DNA of 16,966 nucleotides, taken from positions 1 through 16,966 of the forward strand of contig CAXXSM010000032.1 of the NCBI GenBank assembly GCA_963663405.2, in the 5' to 3' direction. Below the pieces are notes generated by a model. It saw only the letters and a program-made list of their open reading frames with translations. It had not been told where the DNA came from and ran no database searches. The DNA is from a bacterium (GTDB lineage Bacteria; Hinthialibacterota; Hinthialibacteria; Hinthialibacterales; Hinthialibacteraceae). Positions 1-8,521 of the stretch are shown in pieces; the stretch's first letter is position 1, and every line of letters begins with the position of its first letter. The translations under genes and the position numbers were made by a program.

Positions 1-730
1 GCTGGGGGAGTTGGTCTAGTGGCGCTTCATCCGTCTCAATTGGGATCGGCGGGTGGTGTTCGCAGGATGGATGACGTCCATTAAGGATATAGCCGCAGAT
101 AATGAATGGCACGTTATTTTTTACGGCGTTTTTAAACAATTCACGAAATGTATGATTCTCCAATTCTTTGGGGAGCGGAGGAAGAAAGATTTGATTGGTT
201 TCCGGTCCGGTTTGGAGAAGCTGTTCGAACAGGTTTTTGATACCGGGCGTGATGCAACTTTGGGCGATGAGTTTGCAGGTGATCTCTCCCAGGCAGATCA
301 CCTCATCGATTTTCGTTGTTCTCAAGTGGACGCGGCTGCTGGATGAGACGAGTTCAATGACCGTATGCACGTGGGTCGAATGATGTTCGATGGCCAGGGC
401 GACGAGAGTGGAGCGGGCGTCGGCCAGTTTGCCCTGCCGGGGATCGGCGAGAATGATCGCCGCCCGCGCGTGAGCCAGATTCGCTTGATTTAAACATGTT
501 TCTTCGGACGGGCGTCCGTAGAGAATATGAAAGTGCTCTGAATTGTGCTCCACGGGATGCCAATAGGGATTGTTCTCCCAAAGGTTCCGGTCCTGCACAA
601 TCAATAGCGCGTCCAACGGATTTCCCGCCGTGCCTTTGTGCAGTTCTTCCACAATGTTTTTTACTTTCTCACTGCAATTGCAGATGATCACGTGGTTGTT
701 TAGATTCTGGAAATGATCTTGCCGCTCCAT
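1..730 (-). CDS. Stand-alone RCK (TrkA-N / BK-Slo-like gating ring) domain protein, 3' end beyond the window edge
   Basis: Not in the ORF track. Hand translation from ATG at 730 is open to position 1: MERQDHFQNLNNHVIICNCSEKVKNIVEEL...LNQANLAHARAAIILAD...DARSTLVALAIE...HTVIEL...DEVICLGEITCKLIAQSCITPGIKNLFEQLL. An SD-like AGGA lies just upstream. It overlaps the channel 3' end by 31 nt. Confidence 0.88.
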   Translation of the reverse strand, partial: MERQDHFQNLNNHVIICNCSEKVKNIVEELHKGTAGNPLDALLIVQDRNLWENNPYWHPVEHNSEHFHILYGRPSEETCLNQANLAHARAAIILADPRQGKLADARSTLVALAIEHHSTHVHTVIELVSSSSRVHLRTTKIDEVICLGEITCKLIAQSCITPGIKNLFEQLLQTGPETNQIFLPPLPKELENHTFRELFKNAVKNNVPFIICGYILNGRHPSCEHHPPIPIETDEAPLDQLPQ

Positions 731-2313
731 AGATCTTCCTGTTCGATTTCGGCGAATGATGGCCGTTGGTACGCGATGACGATGATGGAATCCCCTTCCC
801 GCAGGATTAAATCTTGTTCAGACAATCCGCTCCGGCTATACGCAGGATTGATCCAAAAGCGGGTGTTGGGCATGTCCGGCGGGGAACGGTCGATTCCAAT
901 CAGAACGATATCTTCTTTCTTATAATCGAGGAAAAAGAGTTGCGCGTCTTGAAACCGTTTGCCGATTAATTCCGCCGGGAGGGGGACCGTGTAAAATTCA
1001 CTATCGATATCCGTGAAATTCATCAATTCATAATACACATCTGTCACACCGGGATTGAGCACAGCCTGACAGGCCAGCCGTTCCACATAATGCCGGCTGA
1101 CCACGAAATCGACCCCCAGCAATTCTTTGGCGTAATTCAAACTCCCTCGCGCTTTGAGTTCAACAACCGTTGGCACACCATTTTTCCGGCAAGCCATAGC
1201 GAGCGTGATCATCAGAGATTTGTTATCGATGGCTTGGAGAGAGGTTTCTGACTCCTCCGCCAGAACGATGGTTCGCAGGGCGTCGTCCGCATGGGCTTCA
1301 TCAAGCACGTGAGAATGGACGGGATCCGCCGACAATGCCAGCACCCGTTTGTAGACCGGGTGGTTCGTGACTTTCAACTCTTCCGCCTGCGGGCTGACGA
1401 TTAGGAAATAGTAATAACTTTTCAGCGCGTCATGCAGTTGATGGAGAATATTTTCTAAATGCCGATTCTCTCCAAGAATCAAAATATGCTTTTTGAGAAC
1501 GCTATGTGGCGGCTTGATCGTCACTTTCCCCAATCGCTGCATCTGTTTGACGATGATAGAGACGATTTCACCCGTCAACATACCGATAATGATGATGCCT
1601 ACGATCATAAAGAGTGTGACTTCGATGCTGCCTAGCAGTGATAAGGGTTCTTTGTCTTCAATTCCGGAGATCAATACGATAATGATGCTCCAGTAGGATT
1701 TATAATATTCTGCAAAAGGGCTGATTTTTTGATCAGATATGTTTTCCACCGCAAAGAAGTTCTCGGTGAGATAGAGTAGATTGGCGCCGATGATCCAAGT
1801 CAGCAGCGCCCAGACCAGCAGATCCCCCAATTGCCGCAGACGATATTGGTGATTGATCGTGCTGAACCAGGTTCGCAGCGCGAGAAAACAGAAATGAAAC
1901 GAATATCGGTACCGGACAAAATTAAGTAAACGTAACAGACGAACAACCCGCACCAGACGCAACACCAGCGTATTGGAACTGAGCAGCAAGAGGGAAGGGA
2001 GAATCGCAATCAAATCGATAAGGGCGTAAAACTCAAAGGGATAACGCCAGGGATCCCGCGAGACGAACCAGCGCGTCAGGTATTCAATGACAAACAGTGT
2101 GATAAAGAAAAGTTCTAATTTTGCGATTGTGTCCGTGTGAGATGGGTAATAATACTCCAACGGCGCCAGTGAACAGGAGGCGAGAATACAAACGAGAATA
2201 AAACAATCGAACGCTAAACTGATCCAGGTGGAATCGCGGTCTCCCTGGTAAGGTTCAAGAATTTCCCGCAGCGCGCTTTTAAATTGTGTGAGTGTATTCT
2301 CGCGGACCGTCAT
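700..2313 (-). CDS. 6TM voltage-sensor-type cation channel with C-terminal RCK domain and atypical selectivity filter
   Basis: S2 FVIEYLTRW, S3 LIDLIAILP, Arg-periodic S4 LRLVRVVRLLRLLNF, pore helix SYWSIIIVLISGIEDKEP, S6 GIIIIGMLTGEIVSII, RCK HILILGEN...PTVVEL...QAVLNPG. Confidence 0.9.
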   Translation of the reverse strand: MTVRENTLTQFKSALREILEPYQGDRDSTWISLAFDCFILVCILASCSLAPLEYYYPSHTDTIAKLELFFITLFVIEYLTRWFVSRDPWRYPFEFYALIDLIAILPSLLLLSSNTLVLRLVRVVRLLRLLNFVRYRYSFHFCFLALRTWFSTINHQYRLRQLGDLLVWALLTWIIGANLLYLTENFFAVENISDQKISPFAEYYKSYWSIIIVLISGIEDKEPLSLLGSIEVTLFMIVGIIIIGMLTGEIVSIIVKQMQRLGKVTIKPPHSVLKKHILILGENRHLENILHQLHDALKSYYYFLIVSPQAEELKVTNHPVYKRVLALSADPVHSHVLDEAHADDALRTIVLAEESETSLQAIDNKSLMITLAMACRKNGVPTVVELKARGSLNYAKELLGVDFVVSRHYVERLACQAVLNPGVTDVYYELMNFTDIDSEFYTVPLPAELIGKRFQDAQLFFLDYKKEDIVLIGIDRSPPDMPNTRFWINPAYSRSGLSEQDLILREGDSIIVIAYQRPSFAEIEQEDLWSGKIISRI

Positions 2314-2348
2314 CGATTTCCTAAAATAATTTAATAATAGAAGATTTA

Positions 2349-2360
2349 AGATTATAATCT
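2349..2360. promoter_or_regulatory. Perfect 12-bp palindrome containing TATAAT on both strands; candidate -10 box or operator for the channel operon
   Basis: AGATTATAATCT about 36 nt upstream of the channel ATG (2313). No clear -35 box. Confidence 0.35.
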
Positions 2361-2615
2361 CCGAAGAAAGTTATACCGTTCCCCTTAGAATAAATCCAGA
2401 TGTGGAGGCGTGGGGAGATTCCGTCTAGCATAAATTGATTTCTCTTTTTTTAGCGCCTTGAAAGTTCAAAATAGTTGATAAAATATCTCCTAGGGAATTT
2501 CATTCGGTTATTCATTGTTCCAGAACAGCGTGAGAAATGATATTTTCTTGAGGAATCGGCCAGTGTTGGGTAGGGTGACTCGACTGATGTATCTATTATA
2601 AGATTGTTCGTTTAT

Positions 2616-2673
2616 ATGAAAATGAGTCTCTAAGGCTTTCTCGTTCTCGAATTCTTCTGTGACTCATTTTCAT
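2616..2673. repeat. 13-bp perfect inverted repeat with a 32-nt spacer in the divergent intergenic region
   Basis: ATGAAAATGAGTC (2616-2628) and GACTCATTTTCAT (2661-2673). Confidence 0.75.
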
Positions 2674-2864
2674 TTGCAGGTTGTGATCTCAATCGTGTTG
2701 GTTACTATTGATTCGGCTGTTTCTAATGCGGTGATGGGGGAAAAATTCCGTTGGAGAAAATCAAATCGATCGTTTTTCAATTCATTAGATGGTATAGCGT
2801 AAATCCGGGGGGAATTCAGTGTGGCGGCCGAGGGGATGGCCGGATATTTCAGCGAGGTAAATGA

Positions 2865-2957
2865 ATGGAACTTTTTGTACTAGTCGCGGTAGTGATTGTC
2901 GGGGCGGTGGGGGAAGTCTGTATCTTGCGAACAGTAAAAACAAAGAATCAATCTTGA
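2865..2957 (+). CDS. 30-aa hydrophobic ORF: either the frameshifted N-terminal membrane anchor of the downstream protein or a translationally coupled small membrane peptide
   Basis: SD GAGGT at 2854-2858, ATG at 2865, MELFVLVAVVIVGAVGEVCILRTVKTKNQS*. Its TGA (2955-2957) overlaps the ATG at 2957. Confidence 0.55.
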   Translation: MELFVLVAVVIVGAVGEVCILRTVKTKNQS

Positions 2958-4600
2958 TGCAGGATCTGGGATTGATCCACAGCTGGACGGGGCAATCCGT
3001 TTCTCCCTTCTATAAATGGGGATGGAAGAAAGTCAGAGGAGACCGTGTCTGGGCGGAGCGGATCGTTCGTGAAGCCTTTTCCAATGCGGAGTACTGGCTC
3101 GCTCCGGAGGATTTGCAGTATTTAAAACTGGTCTGCGATTTGAACGAGAAGGGGGAACCGGTTAATCATGAAGAGGTTATCGAGCGCGTAAGGGCGATTG
3201 TTTACCGCAATGAACTGATGGGAAACATTCTCGCCTCTTTTGTTCGTGATTTACTGCAGAACATCACAAATACACCCGAAGAAGACGCGAAGAAGATCCT
3301 TGAAGAGGCGGGGATCAATTTACTTGGCGTTGAACGGATCCTGCATCGGTATGGGCAGCGGGAACTGCGGCTGGCGGTTAGTGAGGCCGGGCGGGAAATT
3401 CTTTGTCTGGGCGGGGAAGGATTTACTGTCAAAGATCCGGAGAAAGAAATGGAATTCCCGCTGCGGGGAATCGAAGCGTGGAGTCGTTGGATGCTCCTTT
3501 TCAAAGAGGCGCTTCTTTTTGAACTCTCCACTGCGAAGAATCCGTCTGACGCGTATTTATATCGATTGATTAGCGCCAGTGTAAAAAAGGGATTGTTGAA
3601 TGATTTCGAAGAGGATATCAAGGAAGAACAGGAATTCAACGCCGCTATGCGCGCGGAGATTACCAAAGGAGCTCTGACTGCCAGTTTGGAAGATTTGGAT
3701 ACGCTCCAAGGGATTCTCTATATGTGGCAATTCAATGATGAAATCCCTTTCAGTCATTTAGATCATAAACGATTCCGCACATTTTTCTCTCACAAAGAAT
3801 TGGCGCCGGTGTTGCGCGAGGTTGTGATCCGGTCGATTGAACCGGATTTTGCCTCGCTGAAAAAAATTGTCTCTCTTTTGCCGCGCAATCTGATTTTATA
3901 TGGAAATGATGGGTATGCGAGAGCGTACATCGGGGAGCAGTATACAAACAATCTCAATAAACTAATGATGACGATCGGAATTCACACGGATCAAAAACCA
4001 CATGGCCCCGCGTTTCTCAATATCTCGAACGCAGAGATCAAAAAAATGAGGAGCGCCTTATATCTCCAACTGAAGAAAGAAGAAAAAGAACAGGAATTCA
4101 GTAAGAATAAAACCAAAGCCGCCGCTCAAAAGATTATTACCCCTCTCATTGAAGATTCCCAAACCCGAAGCCGGAGGAAACGGAATATTGAGAAAAAAAT
4201 GGCGAATGAACTGGGCTGGATTGTTGGACTTCCATTGGATGATTCGAACTGGATCGAAATGAAAGAAATGGATTTGAAACCGTTCTGTTATTACAAACGC
4301 CTTCTCTGCGATGATTTTGGAGAATGTGATTTCATGAGCAATCATCCCAACGCGCGTGAACAACGAGTTCAATATTTTAATAAAGTATTAATCTCTATTA
4401 TGGGAAAAAAACTGGAAGCGCTGACAAAGAGCGCGGCTGAACAAAAGGATTCTCCCGAGAAAGAATCCGCCTCGAAACAGGAAAATGAGCAGGAAAAAGA
4501 GTCCACATCCAATGAAAGCGCTCCGTCAGAAAAAGAATCTCCCTCCAAACAAGATGTCTCATCAGAGACAGAGCCAGCGCCGAAGAAGGGAAACGAATGA
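2957..4600 (+). CDS. Large hypothetical protein, charged and probably helical, with an acidic/Ser-rich repetitive C-terminal tail; start uncertain (2861, 2865 with frameshift, or 2957)
   Basis: Long open frame (579 aa from 2861, 547 aa from 2957). No family motif recognised. Confidence 0.8.
   Translation: MQDLGLIHSWTGQSVSPFYKWGWKKVRGDRVWAERIVREAFSNAEYWLAPEDLQYLKLVCDLNEKGEPVNHEEVIERVRAIVYRNELMGNILASFVRDLLQNITNTPEEDAKKILEEAGINLLGVERILHRYGQRELRLAVSEAGREILCLGGEGFTVKDPEKEMEFPLRGIEAWSRWMLLFKEALLFELSTAKNPSDAYLYRLISASVKKGLLNDFEEDIKEEQEFNAAMRAEITKGALTASLEDLDTLQGILYMWQFNDEIPFSHLDHKRFRTFFSHKELAPVLREVVIRSIEPDFASLKKIVSLLPRNLILYGNDGYARAYIGEQYTNNLNKLMMTIGIHTDQKPHGPAFLNISNAEIKKMRSALYLQLKKEEKEQEFSKNKTKAAAQKIITPLIEDSQTRSRRKRNIEKKMANELGWIVGLPLDDSNWIEMKEMDLKPFCYYKRLLCDDFGECDFMSNHPNAREQRVQYFNKVLISIMGKKLEALTKSAAEQKDSPEKESASKQENEQEKESTSNESAPSEKESPSKQDVSSETEPAPKKGNE
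4457..4597 (+). repeat. Intragenic degenerate 36-bp (12-aa) tandem repeat
   Basis: EKESASKQENEQ / EKESTSNESAPS / EKESPSKQDVSS / ETEPAPKKGNE, starting at 4457, 4493, 4529 and 4565. Confidence 0.7.
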
Positions 4601-4838
4601 TTTGTTGGTTCGTCTACCCGCTTCATAACTCTTGATTCCCACAAACAAGGAATATTGCTGTTACCACAATTCCAGCCAAATGGAACATTGGATATCCTAT
4701 CGATGGAGACACTATCCGGTTCTCTTCTAGAGTATATAATTGGATCATTAAAGTTTCACTCGTACCGGGATTCGATTTTCACGATACGGCCGTTTTATAT
4801 GGTTTAAAGGAATCCGGAGCGATTCCTGAGGAGGTTTT

Positions 4839-6086
4839 ATGTTGAAATCATTGTGGAAAACAAGTGTAGTTATCATCTTTGCGTTCGCGGCGGTTCCCTT
4901 GGAAGCGTATGAATTTGAGTCGACAGGTTACAACCTTAAGATCCGCGCTTTCCAGACGTATGACTGTTATTATCCCATACGCATCGAAGAGGACGCGCTG
5001 AGATCGTTTGACACATCCAAGAAATATGTTTTTTGGGCGGGGGGGCCGATGGCGTCGTATCCGATGCAACGGTTTGGCGATTCCTTTTATGTGATGATTC
5101 CTCCTTTCAAAGAAACGTTCAAAGAAAAGGCGGAATTTCAGATTTTGGAATGCTTGGATATCGAGTATCAACAGCGCTTTCGATTTATAGAAACCGAAGA
5201 TAAATTCCTGACGTTGTATGAAAAAGGGAAACCGGTTCTCGTGTATAACTATGGGATGATTGGTCATGAGGGGGCGCCGGAGCAGATGACGCGGTCAAGT
5301 TACATTCATCCACTCTATGGGTTGGATGGCGAGATTCTTTCCGATGATTTTCCAAAAGATCACTATCATCATCGCGGTCTCTATTGGGCTTGGCCTCGAA
5401 TCCAGGTGGGAGAGAAAGAATACGATCTCTGGCATTTAAAGGGGATCGAGCATCGTTTTGAAGAATGGCTTCATCGTGAGAGCGGTCCAATCTGCGCGTT
5501 ATTCGGCGTACGGAACGGGTGGTATGTTGGTTCCAAACGGGTAGTGGAAGAGAAGGCGGAGTTCGCCGTGTTTCCAGAGGGGAAATTCGGCCGTGCGATT
5601 GATGTCCGTCTCCGGTGGAAGGCGCTGGATGTACCCGTCACCATCATCGGGCAGGCGAATTTAAACAAAGGGTACGGTGGATTCAATTTCCGTCCAGCGC
5701 CCCGTCAGGATACGAAGATCACCACGATGGGCGGTTTTCAAGAAGAAGACAGCAACTTAAATCCATTTCCCTGGGCTGATTTTTCCGCCCGGTTTGGAGA
5801 TAGGGAAGAGATGTCAGGAATCGCGATCCTGGTTCATAAACGCAATCCGGGATTCCCGCCGGGCTGGTGTCTGCGTTATTATGGATTTCTTGGCGTCGCA
5901 TGGCCGGGATTGGACACGTGGACCCTCAAACCGGATGGGCCGGAATTGGAATTGAATTTCCGCGTTTGGATTCACCGGGGTGATGTAGAGGACGGGAAAG
6001 TGATGCAAGCGTTCCGGGCTTACTTGAATCCATATGAGGGACTTGAGATTGTAAAATCCAAACAGAAAGACGAAGTAAAGAAATAG
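4839..6086 (+). CDS. Secreted DUF6807-like (so-called PmoA family) protein
   Basis: SD GAGGAGG upstream; signal-peptide-like N-terminus; motifs YIHPLYGLDGEILSDDFPKDHYHHRGLYWAW, KGYGGFNFR and PWADFS. Confidence 0.8.
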   Translation: MLKSLWKTSVVIIFAFAAVPLEAYEFESTGYNLKIRAFQTYDCYYPIRIEEDALRSFDTSKKYVFWAGGPMASYPMQRFGDSFYVMIPPFKETFKEKAEFQILECLDIEYQQRFRFIETEDKFLTLYEKGKPVLVYNYGMIGHEGAPEQMTRSSYIHPLYGLDGEILSDDFPKDHYHHRGLYWAWPRIQVGEKEYDLWHLKGIEHRFEEWLHRESGPICALFGVRNGWYVGSKRVVEEKAEFAVFPEGKFGRAIDVRLRWKALDVPVTIIGQANLNKGYGGFNFRPAPRQDTKITTMGGFQEEDSNLNPFPWADFSARFGDREEMSGIAILVHKRNPGFPPGWCLRYYGFLGVAWPGLDTWTLKPDGPELELNFRVWIHRGDVEDGKVMQAFRAYLNPYEGLEIVKSKQKDEVKK

Positions 6087-6132
6087 TATCCCCTCGCGAT
6101 GGGTCTTCAATCATTTCCCCGAATGTTTGAGT

Positions 6133-7980
6133 TTATCGAATTCGGCTGAAAAAGGGCAGTAACAAGGTTCCCAAAGCGGCTCCGCCTTTAACGACACCGG
6201 CTCGCGAGAAGCCTAGACCGTATCCGGTCAGCAACCGGGATAGTTCCATTTTAAGGCGCAGCAGGGATACTTTTTTCTTCATCAAAGCCAGCCGTTCAAT
6301 CTCCCGCAGGGCAAAGAGAAAATCCTTGTGTAGTGTCTGATTCCCCGTCTTGTTGTATTGATCCGCGATCCAACGATAGATACGCCGCAGTTCATCAAAA
6401 TTGGAATCCGCCAATAACGGGATTTCGTCAGCAGTTGAACAATGATTGATTATACGGCCGGCGGTGGTCCAATTCGAATCTTTAAAATCGCAATGACTTA
6501 ACCGCGCGCCTTGAAATTGGGCGCGCGACAGGTCGTTGGAGAAACGGATCAACGCGCCTCGATCGTGCGCGCCTTGAAAGGAGAGATGGGCCGAGACAAA
6601 ATTGGCGCGCCAGAATGTAACCGTGCCGGCGCCGAAATTGACTTCGTCAAAGAGCAGAAGGTTCACATCGAATTGAGAGAAGTTGAATAAGATTTGGTTG
6701 GAGAGGAAATGGGCGTTCTGGAACGTAAGCATGGTTCCCGCCAGGTTCATCGCTTGAAAGGACGTATGTGTGTTTTCAAATACGCTGGATGAAAAATTGA
6801 TATTTCCACTCTGGATCCGTGTTCGATTGAACGAGACGCGTTTGCTTTTCAGCCACGTTTTACGGAAATAGAACGCGCTCGATTCCACCCGGTTGTCTTG
6901 GAATGAAAAATCAGCGTTCTCTGTTGTGAGGCCGTCGAACGAAATCGCGCCGGTTTCGAAATGGCAATTTTTTGTGATGAATTTCCCTCCCAGGCGTAGA
7001 TGAGAGAAATCGATCTCCCTTTCCGCCGCCAGTTGAGAATCGATCAGGCAAAACGGGCCGGAATGTAATTCCACATTCGCGAGACTGATGGTGTCTCCCA
7101 TCATTGAACATCGATCAAAAGCGAGTACGCCTGTATGGAAAAGGCTATTGTCGAAATGGATCGCACCGTCTTTCCATTCACATTGGCGAAAGAGAAATCC
7201 CTTCCCGTGATTCTCCATGTGGGAACAATCCATCTGCCCGCAATCCCAGATAGTGTTTGTAAACACCATCCGTCCTTTTTCCTGGCGCGCGCCGTGCAAG
7301 GAGAACCGGTTCGCTTGGAATCCAGCGTTGTTGAATTTCATTTCGTTCAAACGCATGGTGGATTGATAGAACGAGATCGTGGGCGCTTTCCATTGGATGG
7401 AATGGAAACGAGCGCTGTTTCCGTCGAACACATTGTGTAGAAACGCGATGGTTTGTCCTGCGTCCCAATGGGAGCGGGAAAAAATCAATTCCCCGGATTG
7501 GAACCGGCAGCTGCGGAAGGAGAGGCTTTCTCCTTTAAAAGAGGATTTGTGGAATGTGATTGTTTTCGCGCCAAAATGACATTTGTTGAAATCGACCGTT
7601 GAACCGTAGAATTGACAATTCTCGAATGAGGTTCGCTCTCCATTGAAATGGACGGTATCGAATTTCGCGCCTTGAAGGAATTTGCAGTCCCGGAAGGAAA
7701 CGGAACTGTCGAAGGTAAAATCCTTTAAGGTCAACCGGAAAGGAAAAACGAAACCATCGAATACGAAATCTTTATTCCTTAATTTTTCTCGTAGAATATG
7801 GAGGAATTCGTCCTTTGGTTTAGACGATTCTTTCGCATGGGCGACGCAGAGTCCAAGAATCGATTGATCCCAGACAGGCTGATCGCAGCGCCGTTCATCG
7901 GTATGATTGATGTAATAACAAATTTTTTGCTTCCGCATTTGGGGCCGCCCCATTTTGATCCGCCCAATTTCATTTCGCAC
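6133..7980 (-). CDS. Pentapeptide-repeat-like beta-solenoid protein with an N-terminal Cys/His cluster (start may be 7953 or 7938)
   Basis: About 30 consecutive 12-residue units such as VDFNKCHFGAKT, ITFHKSSFKGES and LSFRSCRFQSGE. N-terminal C...C...CVAH; C-terminal LLTGYG followed by a short hydrophobic tail. Confidence 0.85.
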   Translation of the reverse strand: MRNEIGRIKMGRPQMRKQKICYYINHTDERRCDQPVWDQSILGLCVAHAKESSKPKDEFLHILREKLRNKDFVFDGFVFPFRLTLKDFTFDSSVSFRDCKFLQGAKFDTVHFNGERTSFENCQFYGSTVDFNKCHFGAKTITFHKSSFKGESLSFRSCRFQSGELIFSRSHWDAGQTIAFLHNVFDGNSARFHSIQWKAPTISFYQSTMRLNEMKFNNAGFQANRFSLHGARQEKGRMVFTNTIWDCGQMDCSHMENHGKGFLFRQCEWKDGAIHFDNSLFHTGVLAFDRCSMMGDTISLANVELHSGPFCLIDSQLAAEREIDFSHLRLGGKFITKNCHFETGAISFDGLTTENADFSFQDNRVESSAFYFRKTWLKSKRVSFNRTRIQSGNINFSSSVFENTHTSFQAMNLAGTMLTFQNAHFLSNQILFNFSQFDVNLLLFDEVNFGAGTVTFWRANFVSAHLSFQGAHDRGALIRFSNDLSRAQFQGARLSHCDFKDSNWTTAGRIINHCSTADEIPLLADSNFDELRRIYRWIADQYNKTGNQTLHKDFLFALREIERLALMKKKVSLLRLKMELSRLLTGYGLGFSRAGVVKGGAALGTLLLPFFSRIR

Positions 7981-8201
7981 TGGAGCGAGAGCGATTCAAA
8001 ACCAAAACTGGCCCACAACCCATTTCAATACAGAACAATGAAGAACGTACGAACTCGGATACAACCTATATATTATAGTATATATCGTTATCGGCAAACA
8101 CCAAACATTCTATACTTAACTTATGTCTAGATTAATCTTTCGCGTCATGAATCGAATATAACGACTCCATTATCGTTGTTTCAATGCGTTTCCTCATTCA
8201 C

Positions 8202-8230
8202 TTGACAACCCCAGTTCCCACCGATAGCTT
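8202..8230 (+). promoter_or_regulatory. Sigma70-type promoter for thiS-thiG
   Basis: TTGACA (8202-8207), 17-nt spacer, TAGCTT (8225-8230), 48 nt before the thiS ATG. Confidence 0.6.
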
Positions 8231-8278
8231 CAAAATTATATTATAACACTTTTAATCTACCCAATCGATTCCAAAATT

Positions 8279-8479
8279 ATGTTGATCGTACTCAATGGAA
8301 ATGAGAAAGAGTTCGAGGACGGACTCACGATTTTTCAAGTTCTCCAGCAGCTGGATCTTCATCCCCAGCGGGTGGCTGTGGAAGTGAACCGTGAGATTGT
8401 GAAACGCGATCGATTTACAGAACACCTCCTGCAAGATGGAGATGTTGTCGAAATACTCCAATTCGTCGGGGGCGGTTGA
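8279..8479 (+). CDS. thiS: Sulfur carrier protein ThiS
   Basis: 66 aa, VAVEVNREIV...DGDVVEILQFVGGG with C-terminal GG; directly upstream of thiG. Confidence 0.96.
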   Translation: MLIVLNGNEKEFEDGLTIFQVLQQLDLHPQRVAVEVNREIVKRDRFTEHLLQDGDVVEILQFVGGG

Positions 8480-8521
8480 TCGCATTGTTGGAATTGATAG
8501 AAAGGCAGTAATGATACAATT

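Noticed and set aside
4-75. tRNA-like 5' sequence (GGGGGAGTTGGTCTAGTGG ... GTTCGC)
   Set aside because: No acceptor-stem or T-stem pairing, and it lies antisense within the open RCK reading frame.
2907-2915. Programmed -1 ribosomal frameshift at G GGG GAA
   Set aside because: Does not fit the X XXY YYZ slippery heptamer, and no downstream stimulatory hairpin was seen.
2861-2956. Tracked N-terminus MNGTFCTSRGSDCRGGGG as the true start
   Set aside because: The SD is only 2 nt from ATG 2861, and the alternative frame from 2865 gives better spacing and a coherent hydrophobic segment.
4839-6086. Methane monooxygenase subunit PmoA
   Set aside because: Soluble, signal-peptide-bearing protein with no multi-TM pattern and no pmoB/pmoC neighbours; the family name is misleading.
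7798-8130. 110-aa plus-strand ORF, and similarly 9329..9601 on the minus strand
   Set aside because: They overlap the starts of real genes on the opposite strand and run through AT-rich intergenic DNA, with no motif support.
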